A stretch of 63,160 bases of DNA, the filler included, from an uncultured Synergistales bacterium (GTDB lineage: Bacteria > Synergistota > Synergistia > Synergistales > Aminobacteriaceae): assembly GCA_937897575.1 (NCBI GenBank). It is 4 parts of 4 records of this genome, joined end to end, with 100 filler letters (N's around TTAATTAATTAA, not from the genome) between each part and the next. Parts side by side here need not be neighbours in the genome. Positions count along the whole stretch, not along the records: positions 35,638 to 61,374 come from CALCQG010000148.1; 3 more parts are not named here. One strand, written 5' to 3'. The position numbers and the translations under genes were made by a program. Of the stretch, positions 47,005 to 56,148 are shown in pieces (the stretch's first letter is position 1; each line of letters starts with the position of its first letter). The notes under the pieces are model-generated. The model had not been told where the DNA came from. It saw nothing but the letters and a program-made list of their open reading frames with translations, and ran no database searches.

Positions 47005-48309
47005 TCAATACCCCAGTAAAGACGGCAACCAGACCGAAAGGGGCGCCCAGTAGGTGGTCAGCAGGACCACCGGGATATACCCCAGTACCAGCAATACCAT
47101 CGTCGGATACAGTATCTCGGAGAACTCGCACTTGCCGATGCGCATCCCGAGGTACAGGATGCTCGCGTAGGGGGGCGTCACTCCGCCCATGGAGAGGTTG
47201 ACCCCCATGATCGCCCCGAAGTGAACCGGGCTGAGCCCCAGCTCGAGGACAAGGGGGAGAAGCAGCGGGCCGAGGAGGATGATGCCCGTGATGTCGTTGA
47301 CGATCATGCCGGCGATGAACAGCACGATGTTGATCAGGAGCAGCAGATAGAACTTGTTGGTCGTCAGCCCCATGAGCAGCTCCACCACCATCTGGGGGAC
47401 CTTCAGCAGGACGAGGGTCTGGCTGAGCATCAGGCAGAACATGATCATGGTCATGATGGACCCCACCGACGTGGCCGACTCCTTGAGCAGCTCGTAGAAG
47501 CTCCCCATCTTCAATCCCTTGTAGACCCAGAAGCCCACCGGGATGGAGTAGATGGCGGCCACCGCGGCGGCCTCCGTGGGGGTGAAGATGCCGCCGTAGA
47601 TCCCGCCGAGGATGATGACGGGCATCAGCAGGGCGGGGAAGGCGTTCGTGAAGCGCGGGACGATCTCCCGTCTCTTCTGTTTGACGCTCTCCTCGGACTC
47701 CATGACGAGGTTGAACTTCTTCGCCCAGATGACGTTGATCACCGAGAAGAGGATCGTCACGAGGATTCCCGGGATCACGGTGGACAGGAAGCACGCCAGG
47801 ATGGATGTCTCGGTGACCCAGCCGTACATGATCATGACGACGCTGGGGGGAATCAGGAGCCCCAGGATCGACGAGCAGGTGACGAGCGCCGTGGCGAACC
47901 CTCGCGGGTACCCCTGCTCCACCATCCGGGGGATCATGATGGGCCCCGTCGCCGCTATGCCGGTAAACCCGCTGCCGGAGATGGCCCCTATGACGGCGCA
48001 CGTCACGACGGAGACCACACCCAGGCCGCCCCGGACCCGTGCGATGAAAATATCGACGAAATCGAGCAGCGCTTTGGCGATACCGCTACCGCCCATCAAC
48101 GTGCCGGCGAGGATGAAGAGAGGGCTCGCGAGGAGGGTGGTGTTCACCAGCTGGCCGAAACTCCAGACGAACAGGCTTTTCACGGACACGTTGCCGAAGA
48201 GCCCCATGAACATGAGCGCGCCTCCGAAACAGTAGGGAAGCGGGACACTCATCATGAGGAGAAAAATCAGTAATCCGATTGCGATGAGGACAACGGTGAC
48301 GAGATCCAT
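47005..48309 (-). CDS. dctM: TRAP large permease
   Basis: LGLLIPPS, FTPTEAAA and VTPP motifs. Confidence 0.93.
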   Translation of the reverse strand: MDLVTVVLIAIGLLIFLLMMSVPLPYCFGGALMFMGLFGNVSVKSLFVWSFGQLVNTTLLASPLFILAGTLMGGSGIAKALLDFVDIFIARVRGGLGVVSVVTCAVIGAISGSGFTGIAATGPIMIPRMVEQGYPRGFATALVTCSSILGLLIPPSVVMIMYGWVTETSILACFLSTVIPGILVTILFSVINVIWAKKFNLVMESEESVKQKRREIVPRFTNAFPALLMPVIILGGIYGGIFTPTEAAAVAAIYSIPVGFWVYKGLKMGSFYELLKESATSVGSIMTMIMFCLMLSQTLVLLKVPQMVVELLMGLTTNKFYLLLLINIVLFIAGMIVNDITGIILLGPLLLPLVLELGLSPVHFGAIMGVNLSMGGVTPPYASILYLGMRIGKCEFSEILYPTMVLLVLGYIPVVLLTTYWAPLSVWLPSLLGY

Positions 48310-48310
48310 C

Positions 48311-48823
48311 CTACTTTACCTCCTTGATGAGCTCGGTGCCGTCAAAGGACCTGTACTCCGATACGTGGCTGAAGAACTCCACGACGGTGTTCAGAACCAT
48401 GAGGGCGAGCCCGACGAAAATGGCGCTCTCCGCGAGGATCAACGGAATGTAGAGAAGAGGGCTCTCCTTCATCGTGCGAAGGGAGTAGGTGAAGAACCAC
48501 CACGCCCAGCGCGTGAGCCACAACGCTACGACGATGGAGATCACCGTCTGCGCTATGTTGAAGAGGGCGAAGCTCTTCTTCCGCTTGATCAGCAGCGTGA
48601 GAACCCCGCAGGTGATGTGGGTCCTCGTGAAGGAGGCGTGAGCCCCTCCCAGCATGTAGAGCCAGATCGTGGGGAACAGAAGGAGTTCTTCGATCCCCAT
48701 CAGCGGCATCTTCAGGACATACCGCAGGATCACCTGGATGAACATCAGCACGCCGACGAAGAGCATCAGGAAACTGATGACCGCTCCTTGCACCTTTCCA
48801 TAGAGATCGTACAGTTTGGACAA
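48311..48823 (-). CDS. dctQ: TRAP small permease
   Basis: QVILRYV, EEL and HIT motifs; four TM segments. Confidence 0.9.
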   Translation of the reverse strand: MSKLYDLYGKVQGAVISFLMLFVGVLMFIQVILRYVLKMPLMGIEELLLFPTIWLYMLGGAHASFTRTHITCGVLTLLIKRKKSFALFNIAQTVISIVVALWLTRWAWWFFTYSLRTMKESPLLYIPLILAESAIFVGLALMVLNTVVEFFSHVSEYRSFDGTELIKEVK

Positions 48824-48841
48824 AATAAGGACAGCTCCTTT

Positions 48842-49927
48842 CTACCGCATCATATCGAGTATCTCGTCGATGCTCTTATCCCCGATTCCCAGGGACTCCA
48901 GGGTCGTGCCGCAGGTCCAGTAGTCCGTCCCGTGAAGCTGCGAGGCGAGGTCCACCACAAGGCTCGAGAGAGGGGTTCGGAATCCCGCTTTTTCGGCGAT
49001 CCTGGAGACGGGCGCCACAACACCCGGGACGTCCTCGGTCAGATACCGGCCCCGGACGTTATGGCCCACAAGGTCGGCATAGGGTGTCTCCGGGCTGTTC
49101 ACGTATTCGTAGATGGTCTTCGTCTCATTCATTCCGTAGTACGTCTTGAGCATCTCGAGGGTCGGCGTGAGGGTGAAGCCCACGGCCTTGCCCGCCTCGA
49201 CGCGCTCCGCGTCCATCCTGTGCATCTGCTCGCTGATCAGCGGGGTGATCCCGTCCATGTAGTGCCTGAACGTCTTGGGGTGTTTCTCGATGTCGCCGTA
49301 GTTGAGCAGCACCGGGAGGGGGTGGAGGGTGAAGTTGACGTTCGACATGTCGATCATCAGAAGATGGTCGAATTTCTCGAAATGGACGTACCCGTCGAAG
49401 ACGTCGTTGAAGATGCCCAGAACCTCATCGTTCGCCGACGAAGGGGATGTGGCGATGTGAACGGTGAACTTCTTCTTGAAGATGTTCACCACGTCGAAAC
49501 TCTTGATGCGGCAAGCGTAGGGCATCGTCTCCGTACAGGAGATGGTGACCTTTTTCGTACACCCGAACTTGTCCATCATCGCTTTCAGGCGATAGGCCGC
49601 GAAGTTCCCCGGGACGATGAGGATGTGCTGTCCGTCCTCGAGCAGCGGGATCATCTTTTTGAAGATGGGCTCGTGGGCGAAGGACGGGACCACGACAAGA
49701 AGCACCGCCGCACCCTTCATGGCGTCCGCTATATCTTTCGTCGCCCCTATGGGGCCGCCGAGGGTCATGTCGCCCTCGAGAAACATCTCCTTCCTCTCTG
49801 CAATCCTGGAAAAATCCGGGGCCTCGTCGAGGGGTTCCCACATGGTCACGGGGTACCCCTTCGCCGCTATCTGCGCGCAGAACGCCCGTCCTCCGTTGCC
49901 GCTTCCAAGCACCGCGAATTTCAGCAC
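48842..49927 (-). CDS. Opine dehydrogenase family protein 3
   Basis: GTG 49927 after GGAGGA; GSGNGG, PGNF, ETMPYACR, NVNFTLHP, DAER and RYLTEDVP motifs; overlaps the end of grdX. Confidence 0.9.
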   Translation of the reverse strand: MLKFAVLGSGNGGRAFCAQIAAKGYPVTMWEPLDEAPDFSRIAERKEMFLEGDMTLGGPIGATKDIADAMKGAAVLLVVVPSFAHEPIFKKMIPLLEDGQHILIVPGNFAAYRLKAMMDKFGCTKKVTISCTETMPYACRIKSFDVVNIFKKKFTVHIATSPSSANDEVLGIFNDVFDGYVHFEKFDHLLMIDMSNVNFTLHPLPVLLNYGDIEKHPKTFRHYMDGITPLISEQMHRMDAERVEAGKAVGFTLTPTLEMLKTYYGMNETKTIYEYVNSPETPYADLVGHNVRGRYLTEDVPGVVAPVSRIAEKAGFRTPLSSLVVDLASQLHGTDYWTCGTTLESLGIGDKSIDEILDMMR

Positions 49928-50301
49928 TGTATCATATCCTCCTTTCCCAGATTGAGCGAGACGAACAGATCGCAATCGATCACCTTGTAATCCTCGGAGG
50001 CCGCCGGAGACCGGTCGAACACCACCGACTCCAACCGGTCGAGAAAAAACGCGATGTCGCGGGTCGATCCTCCGTCCGTTTCTTCCAGAACCACAGTCCT
50101 GTACGGATTTCGCAGGAGCCGCACATCGCCCGCAAAGGGGTGGGCGTAGAACGTGTACCGCCCCCCCTTCACGTAGTCCAGCGCCGTCCGCAGGACGGCA
50201 TCGGCCGGTCCGTCGACGAACACGCAGGGGTACGAGGCAGCGACGCGGTCATTGTTCGACAGGACCAAAAAACGCCTACAGGGAGAACACGGTCTGCTCA
50301 T
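49921..50301 (-). CDS. grdX: GrdX family protein
   Basis: LSNN...HPFAGDVRLLRNPYRTVV...DYKVIDCDL; follows grdB. Confidence 0.8.
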   Translation of the reverse strand: MSRPCSPCRRFLVLSNNDRVAASYPCVFVDGPADAVLRTALDYVKGGRYTFYAHPFAGDVRLLRNPYRTVVLEETDGGSTRDIAFFLDRLESVVFDRSPAASEDYKVIDCDLFVSLNLGKEDMIQC

Positions 50302-51586
50302 CGAGATCCGTCGCCAAGGCAGAGAGCGCGAGCTCGAAGAGCTTCTTCCGGATGACGTCCTCCGTCTCTTTCTCCTCGTCCGGTTTGCCGATGGGGTTGG
50401 GAATGGCGATCCCCTTCACCACCCTGTTGGCGCCCACGGTGAGCGCGACCGGAGGGACTGCCGTTATGAGGACGGCGGGAATCCCGACTCTCTCGATTTC
50501 ACGGGCGAGCGTTGCACCGCAACGCGTCCCGGTGCCTCAGGTGGATGTCAGGACGATGCCCTCCACGCCCTGTTCCTTGAGAAGCTCCCCCATCTCTCGT
50601 CCGTATTTTTCCGCCGAGCGAACGGCGGTCACGTTCCCCACGGTGACCGGATACTTGTCGAAGAGCCCCCCGAAGAGCGACTCCTTCTGACAGGCCCGGG
50701 CGACGTCGAGGGGCAGCACTCTGTTCGGGTTCTCCGTGGCCATCACAGGGTCGTACCCTCCGTGGGCCACCTCGAACTCGCCCTTCGCGAGCCCCTCCAG
50801 CCCGGCGATGGAGTACAAGCACCACTTCGAGGCGTTATGGGCCTCTATCTTGTCCGGGTTCCCCTTGGGGACGATCCCGCCCTCCGTCCCTATGGCGATC
50901 AGCGCGCTTCGCATGTCCTTCACCGCCGGTGCGGGAGGAACCCTGTCGAAGACCGGCATGGGGAGCTCCGTCGTGTAGGGCTGCCCCGAGAGCTTCTTGA
51001 GCAGCATGTCGACGCCCCTTCGCGCGCCTCTCTTCTCCGCGGTCACATTCACCCGGATCCCCCTGGGGATATACCCCTCCTCGTGCGGGAGGCCGATCGT
51101 CTCGCCCCTCAGGAGCTTGACGCCGAGTTGCCCCATGCTTTTGAGGACCTCGCGCATGCTTCGGGCGGAGTCCGAGGTCGGAACGATATAGGTCACTCTT
51201 TTGCACATATCCACCCCGGGGCTGCTCGGCTCCATTGCGGCCATGACCGGGAGGCCGAGCTTTTCCGCCACGGCCTGACAGGCGACGGCGCAGGCCATTC
51301 CGTAGCGTCCCGCCGCAAACGAGGGCCCCGCGACGAAGAACGCCGCATCGCTCTCCCGCACCCACTGCACGACCTTTTCAGCCAGAACGTCGGGGTTCTC
51401 CGCAGCGAAGTTGTCCCCGCAGGATATGGTTCGGACGATCTCGATCGCTCCGTCGAAGGCCGCCTCGAGGCTTCTTCCGACGGAGGTCGCGCCGTCTATG
51501 GAGAAGGGGGTCATTCCCGCCTTTTCCTCGCCCCCGACGCCGCTGTAGAACTGGTTCACATAGTGGACGACTCTTTTTTTATCCAT
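50276..51586 (-). CDS. grdB: Glycine/sarcosine/betaine reductase-family selenoprotein B (Sec at TGA 50537-50539), 436 aa
   Basis: HYVNQFYSGVGGEE, CGDNF, GPSFAAGRYG and AHGGYD motifs. Reading through TGA gives LTST-U-GTGTRCGATLAREIERVGIP...VGANRVV...IPNPIG up to TAG at 50276. Confidence 0.92.
50514..50535 (-). promoter_or_regulatory. Candidate bacterial SECIS hairpin
   Basis: Immediately 3' of the UGA: GCACCG-GGACGCGTTG-CGGTGC, a 6-bp stem. Confidence 0.7.
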
Positions 51587-51605
51587 GATCCTCTCCCCCC
51601 TCAGC

Positions 51606-52877
51606 TCAGATCAGCACCGTCGTCAGGGATTCCGCCCCCAGTTCGTTGGTGGAACCCATGATTCCGGCAATCTCCATATCGATGGATCCATCGTCATGCA
51701 GGCCGCCAGCATGCCCGCCCGTGATCCGCTCCACGGTCCGTATATCGCCTATCACGGAGAGCGGAGGAAGGGTGACCCGCTGGTTCCCATTGCCGTTCGT
51801 CACCACCGCGTCCGCCTCGGGCGTCACGTCAGCGAGGCCGGCCGACGCCCCATCGGAGCCGGCGTATTCGTCCGTCACGATGACGGTCTTGATCCCGCTG
51901 CGCTCGAGCAGACGCGTCGTCAGCATGAGGTCCACCTCGGGGTTGCCGCCGCCATCCTCAGACAGGATCACGCCGTCGGTCCCGAGCATCTCCGCCATCT
52001 TCGCTATCTGTCTGCAGATCCTCTCCTTGTCCGCAAAGGCCGTCCGGACGGGCGCCACGATGACCCCCGCGAAGTTCAGGGTCTTTCCGTGCTCCGAGTA
52101 GAGATCCTCGACGATGGGGTTGTTCTGATGGTGATAGGTGGTGTGCTTGTGGCACGGAGCGGCGCAGTTGCCGCTGACCACCGCCCCGTCCATGAACTCC
52201 GTGGGCCGGAAGAGAACGGGCAGGCACCCCTGGGCATTCAGGCCGTAGATGTAGTTATCGTGCAACAGCCCCTGCGCGATGATCTGGCACACGTAGACGA
52301 CCTTCGGGAGCTCCGGAAAGTCGAAGGGCGACGTCGCGGGGTAGATTTCCGGCTCGTATTCGGCCTCCACCGCGAGGGAGCCGAGATACCGGGCCACATT
52401 GATGCCGGCAAGCCGGACGGCTCTCTCATGCTCGTGCTTGCCGAGTCCGTCCACCGGTGCGATGACAAGGGCGACGTTGATCTTTCCGGAGAACAGGCTG
52501 TACTCGGCACCGGGGCCCGTCATATCCACAAGGCCCTCCTGAAAGTTCACCATCGTCCCCGTGGTGACGACGCACACTCCGTCCAGCACCACGGTGCTCC
52601 CCGTTCCCGCGATATAGTCCGGCTCGGTGCCGCACCCCGGAAAGACGGGGTCGCCGTTGGCCTTCGCCCGGGGTTCCAGGATATCCTTTATCGGAACGAT
52701 GCGTTTCTCCTCGCCGGGCCGGGCTATCTGCACGTCCACGGACTTGATGAAGCGATCCTGCAGGACCACCGATCGGACATCGTCGGCGTTGATCGTGAGG
52801 ATCCCGCGGCTGAAGGAGCTTTTCTCCCCGAATGTCACGTCCGAAACGTGCACTCTTCTCAGTTCGAAGGTATCCAA
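51606..52877 (-). CDS. grdE: Reductase component B proprotein (GrdE/GrdG-like)
   Basis: PIKDILEPRAK, FQEGLVDMTGPGAEYS, MDGAVVSGNCAAPCHKHTTYHHQNNP, DGGGNPEVD and TDEYAGSDG motifs; probable TTG start. Confidence 0.9.
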   Translation of the reverse strand: MDTFELRRVHVSDVTFGEKSSFSRGILTINADDVRSVVLQDRFIKSVDVQIARPGEEKRIVPIKDILEPRAKANGDPVFPGCGTEPDYIAGTGSTVVLDGVCVVTTGTMVNFQEGLVDMTGPGAEYSLFSGKINVALVIAPVDGLGKHEHERAVRLAGINVARYLGSLAVEAEYEPEIYPATSPFDFPELPKVVYVCQIIAQGLLHDNYIYGLNAQGCLPVLFRPTEFMDGAVVSGNCAAPCHKHTTYHHQNNPIVEDLYSEHGKTLNFAGVIVAPVRTAFADKERICRQIAKMAEMLGTDGVILSEDGGGNPEVDLMLTTRLLERSGIKTVIVTDEYAGSDGASAGLADVTPEADAVVTNGNGNQRVTLPPLSVIGDIRTVERITGGHAGGLHDDGSIDMEIAGIMGSTNELGAESLTTVLI

Positions 52878-53135
52878 AGTATGTCCCCCCCATTCTCTCT
52901 CGATCCCGAGAGGTACGCGCCCCTCTGCGGGCACGATGCTCTCACCGTCAAAGACACACTGCGTCTGTCGATTGTTCGGTTATGCCACGAGTCTGTAAAA
53001 AAAGATAAATACCGTACAAGAGGAGGCTATGGCTCTATGGCCGGCCCTCTCACGCTCTTGCCGGACGGGCGCCCCTCCGGCAATCCGGAGGCACCGAGGC
53101 GGCACGCCGCCCCATCGCCCCCGGTGCTCCCGCCT

Positions 53136-54224
53136 CTATCCGTTCACGATCTCCCGCACGAACTGCTCCTTCGTCATCCTGTCGAAGCCCAGCGCCTCGA
53201 AGGTTCGGCCTTCGTCGAGGTACTCCCCCACCAGCATGTAGGAGATGGTCCTGAAGGCCTCCATATGGGGCGTTTCGACGCCGGCAAGCTTGGCGAGGGC
53301 TATCATGGGCACGAGGGAGTAGGGCAGGTCCTCGTACAGGTACCGGGTGTCGAGCTCCTTCCACCCCTGAATCTTCCGGTAGCACGAGCAGGTCTGCAGC
53401 ACGTCGTAGATCGTCTCTCCGCTGCAGAAGGCGTACATGTCGCGGTACATCGTCACCATGCCGTCCAGCTCGAAGCCGTAGGCTCTGCCGATGGCCAAGC
53501 GCTCCGCATCCACCTTGTCCATGAAGGCGGCGATGGACTTCGTCACGCCGTCGAAATAGGGGTTCCACTCCTCTTTGTTCTCCACCCGGGAGAGGTTCAT
53601 CACGAGGGGGATGGGGTGCACGATGGCCTGGAAGTTGGTGAGGCTTGACTCGAGGGCGTTTTTCAAGCCGCGCATCTGCGGGAAGAACGGCCGCATCTTC
53701 TCCACCACATACTCCGTCTTATGGGCCGGGATGGCGGCGATGCCCACGTACTCCTTGTGCCCATTCACATTGACGAGCCCGGGAGCCCACGCGCGGCAGC
53801 AGTATATCAGCTGGTTGCACGCAACCGGTATGAAATCCTCGGCCCCGCAGCCCTTCGCCCTCTTCCAGAACGCATAGGCCCCCAACGTCGACTCCGGGAA
53901 CAGCAGCACGATCTGGTCCTTCTTGATGTACGGGGCGCACTTCTCGGCGACGGAATCGTAAAACGCCGTGGGGATCACGACCGCCACGAACTCCCTGTCG
54001 GGGGTCAGGACATCCTTCATCTCCGTGCTCGCCAGGGTCACCGGGGCGAAGCCGTTCAGGTCGTCCTGCATCTGGATGCCGCCCTTGGCGTTAATGGCGG
54101 ACACTAGCTCCGGATACACGTCGTAGAGTTTGACGTCGTGCCCCTGCAGGCCCAACAGCCCGGCGATAGCCTGTCCGGCGTGCCCTCCGCCGACAACCGC
54201 CCACTTCGTCCCGTTCTTGCCCAT
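53136..54224 (-). CDS. Opine dehydrogenase family protein 4 (most divergent)
   Basis: GGGHAG, YCCR, NFQAIVHP, YFDGVT, DAER and RYLYEDLPY motifs. Confidence 0.87.
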   Translation of the reverse strand: MGKNGTKWAVVGGGHAGQAIAGLLGLQGHDVKLYDVYPELVSAINAKGGIQMQDDLNGFAPVTLASTEMKDVLTPDREFVAVVIPTAFYDSVAEKCAPYIKKDQIVLLFPESTLGAYAFWKRAKGCGAEDFIPVACNQLIYCCRAWAPGLVNVNGHKEYVGIAAIPAHKTEYVVEKMRPFFPQMRGLKNALESSLTNFQAIVHPIPLVMNLSRVENKEEWNPYFDGVTKSIAAFMDKVDAERLAIGRAYGFELDGMVTMYRDMYAFCSGETIYDVLQTCSCYRKIQGWKELDTRYLYEDLPYSLVPMIALAKLAGVETPHMEAFRTISYMLVGEYLDEGRTFEALGFDRMTKEQFVREIVNG

Positions 54225-54367
54225 GACCAACACCTCTTCCGTATACTCTGTTCTCTCCTATGCCCGTTCTCGCGATAGCGCAAAAAGGGGTGTCATACAA
54301 AACAGGGCGCTTGCGAAACAGGCTGAAAAGACATTCGCTGTCACGAAGCGCCGTCCAGAGCCGGAGA

Positions 54368-54401
54368 TGCCGTGGGTGTCCCGCGACGGGCACCCACGGC
54401 A
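54368..54401 (-). terminator. Hairpin after OCD paralogue 2
   Basis: TGCCGTGGGTGTCC...GGGCACCCACGGCA inverted repeat. Confidence 0.65.
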
Positions 54402-54411
54402 GACCTGTCTT

Positions 54412-55416
54412 TTAGTACTCCACGAAGGCGTACTTTCCGCCGACGCCCTTCTCCACCGCTCTCTTCCACGCGAGGGAGGCGACACCGATATCCATGGCCC
54501 CTGTCCCGATGGGAATGCACAGCACCCGAAGGTCCTTCTCGGGGGCGCTCTTCTTGCCCGCGGCGATCTCGCCGATGGTGGCGTAGATGTTCTTCTCGGT
54601 GATGGTTCCGGCAATGCCGAGCTTGCCGAGCGCCCCTCTGTGGAGCGTCTGCCCGATATGGTCGACGACGATCCTGTCGGCCTTCAGGATGCACTCGTCG
54701 GTGCACTCCTGGTAGGAGCCCATGGGGAAGAGGAATTTGCCCGGCGTGAACCACTCGAACTTGAAGAACTCATCCTTCGACTGGGTGACGCAGACGCACA
54801 CGTCGGCGTCGGAGGCCTCTTCGGGCGTCTTCGCGATCTGGATGTCGCCCTTCACGAACTTTTTCATGTCCTGGGCGTATCTCTCCGCCGCTGCTTGGCT
54901 GATGTCGTACACCGACACATGGGTGATGTTGAAGAGCTCGGCGATGGCCATGGTCTGCGTGTGCCCCTGCATGCCCGCGCCGTAGAGGCCGAGGCGGAGG
55001 TCCTTGCCCTTCTTGTACATGTACTTCAGGGCGACGGCGGTCTGTGCGCCGGTGCGCATATTCGTTATGTGCGCGCCGTCCATGACGGCCCGGAAGTGCC
55101 CAAGCTGCGGGTCGATGAGCATGATGAGGGAGGTGATATAGGGCAGCCCCTGTTTTTTCCTCGCCCCCAGAAAACCGCCGGCCCACTTTATGCCGGCCGT
55201 ATCGGACCAGCCGACGTAGGCGGGCATGGCGTTCATGAAGCCCTCATAGGCCGGATAGGAAGCCACCTCACCGAGGTCAAGGTTGACCTTCGTGGGGTTG
55301 ACCACCGTCTCGTCCCCCATGCCCTTGAACGTTTTGTCGACGCATTCGACGACATCCTTCATGGTGACCAGTGACTGGACCTCTTTCTGGCTCAGAAGCA
55401 GCGTCTCGATCTTCAT
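54412..55416 (-). CDS. OCD/mu-crystallin family protein (paralogue 2 of the island)
   Basis: VVNPTKVNLDLG, NAMPAY, ITNMRTGA, DHIGQTLHRGAL and PIGTGAMD motifs; closely similar to 37030-38022. Confidence 0.88.
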   Translation of the reverse strand: MKIETLLLSQKEVQSLVTMKDVVECVDKTFKGMGDETVVNPTKVNLDLGEVASYPAYEGFMNAMPAYVGWSDTAGIKWAGGFLGARKKQGLPYITSLIMLIDPQLGHFRAVMDGAHITNMRTGAQTAVALKYMYKKGKDLRLGLYGAGMQGHTQTMAIAELFNITHVSVYDISQAAAERYAQDMKKFVKGDIQIAKTPEEASDADVCVCVTQSKDEFFKFEWFTPGKFLFPMGSYQECTDECILKADRIVVDHIGQTLHRGALGKLGIAGTITEKNIYATIGEIAAGKKSAPEKDLRVLCIPIGTGAMDIGVASLAWKRAVEKGVGGKYAFVEY

Positions 55417-55458
55417 GTTTCGTTCCTCTCCCTTCGTTTTTGGTTCCTCGGAACCAGG

Positions 55459-56148
55459 CTATATGTCCAGGGGCGAGTTGAAGATGGCGGACCACGCAGC
55501 GATAATGTGCTCCACCATGGCCTGCCTCGCCTCTTTCGGCTCCCTGCTCTTCAGGCATCGCAGCAGTTTGGCGTGGTTGTACATCACGTTTTTCAGCGTC
55601 TCGGTGTGGTACTCCCGATACCGCTCCCTCTGGATGGCGATCTCGTTGTGGATGGACCCCAGAATTTGCGTCAGCATCTTGTTTCTCGCTATCTCCGCCA
55701 GCTTGTCGTGAAACTTCATGTGCATCTCATGGTAGAGATCCAGGTCGTCCGTCTCGAAAAGCAGCCCCTCCAGCTCGTCGAACTCCTTATCGCTGCCCCG
55801 CTTTGCGGCGTAATAGGCCACCTGCCCCTCGACGAGGCAGCGGGTCTCGATGAGCTCCTTCAGTTCGATGCCGCCAAGGGAATTCAACTCTTTCTTCGCG
55901 AAGTAGGTGAGGATGCTGGCGTTCTCCGCGAGGAAGGTTCCGCTTCCCGGCTTCGTCCACACTATCCCTCTGTTCGCCAGGACCTTCATGACCTCTCTGA
56001 TGCAGTTCCGGCTGACCTCGAAGCGCTCGGCAAGCAGCTGCTCCCCGGGGAGCTTCTCCCCAGGCGCCCACTGTCCATTCTCGATGGCGGAATAGAGCTG
56101 ATGGAGGACATCCTCATGAAGGGTGGATCGTGTCGCGGCTGTGAGCAA
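55459..56148 (-). CDS. GntR/FadR family regulator 3
   Basis: TTG after GAGGAG; LPGEQLLAERFEVSRNCIREVMKVL. TTGACA lies upstream at 56236-56241. Confidence 0.92.
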   Translation of the reverse strand: MLTAATRSTLHEDVLHQLYSAIENGQWAPGEKLPGEQLLAERFEVSRNCIREVMKVLANRGIVWTKPGSGTFLAENASILTYFAKKELNSLGGIELKELIETRCLVEGQVAYYAAKRGSDKEFDELEGLLFETDDLDLYHEMHMKFHDKLAEIARNKMLTQILGSIHNEIAIQRERYREYHTETLKNVMYNHAKLLRCLKSREPKEARQAMVEHIIAAWSAIFNSPLDI

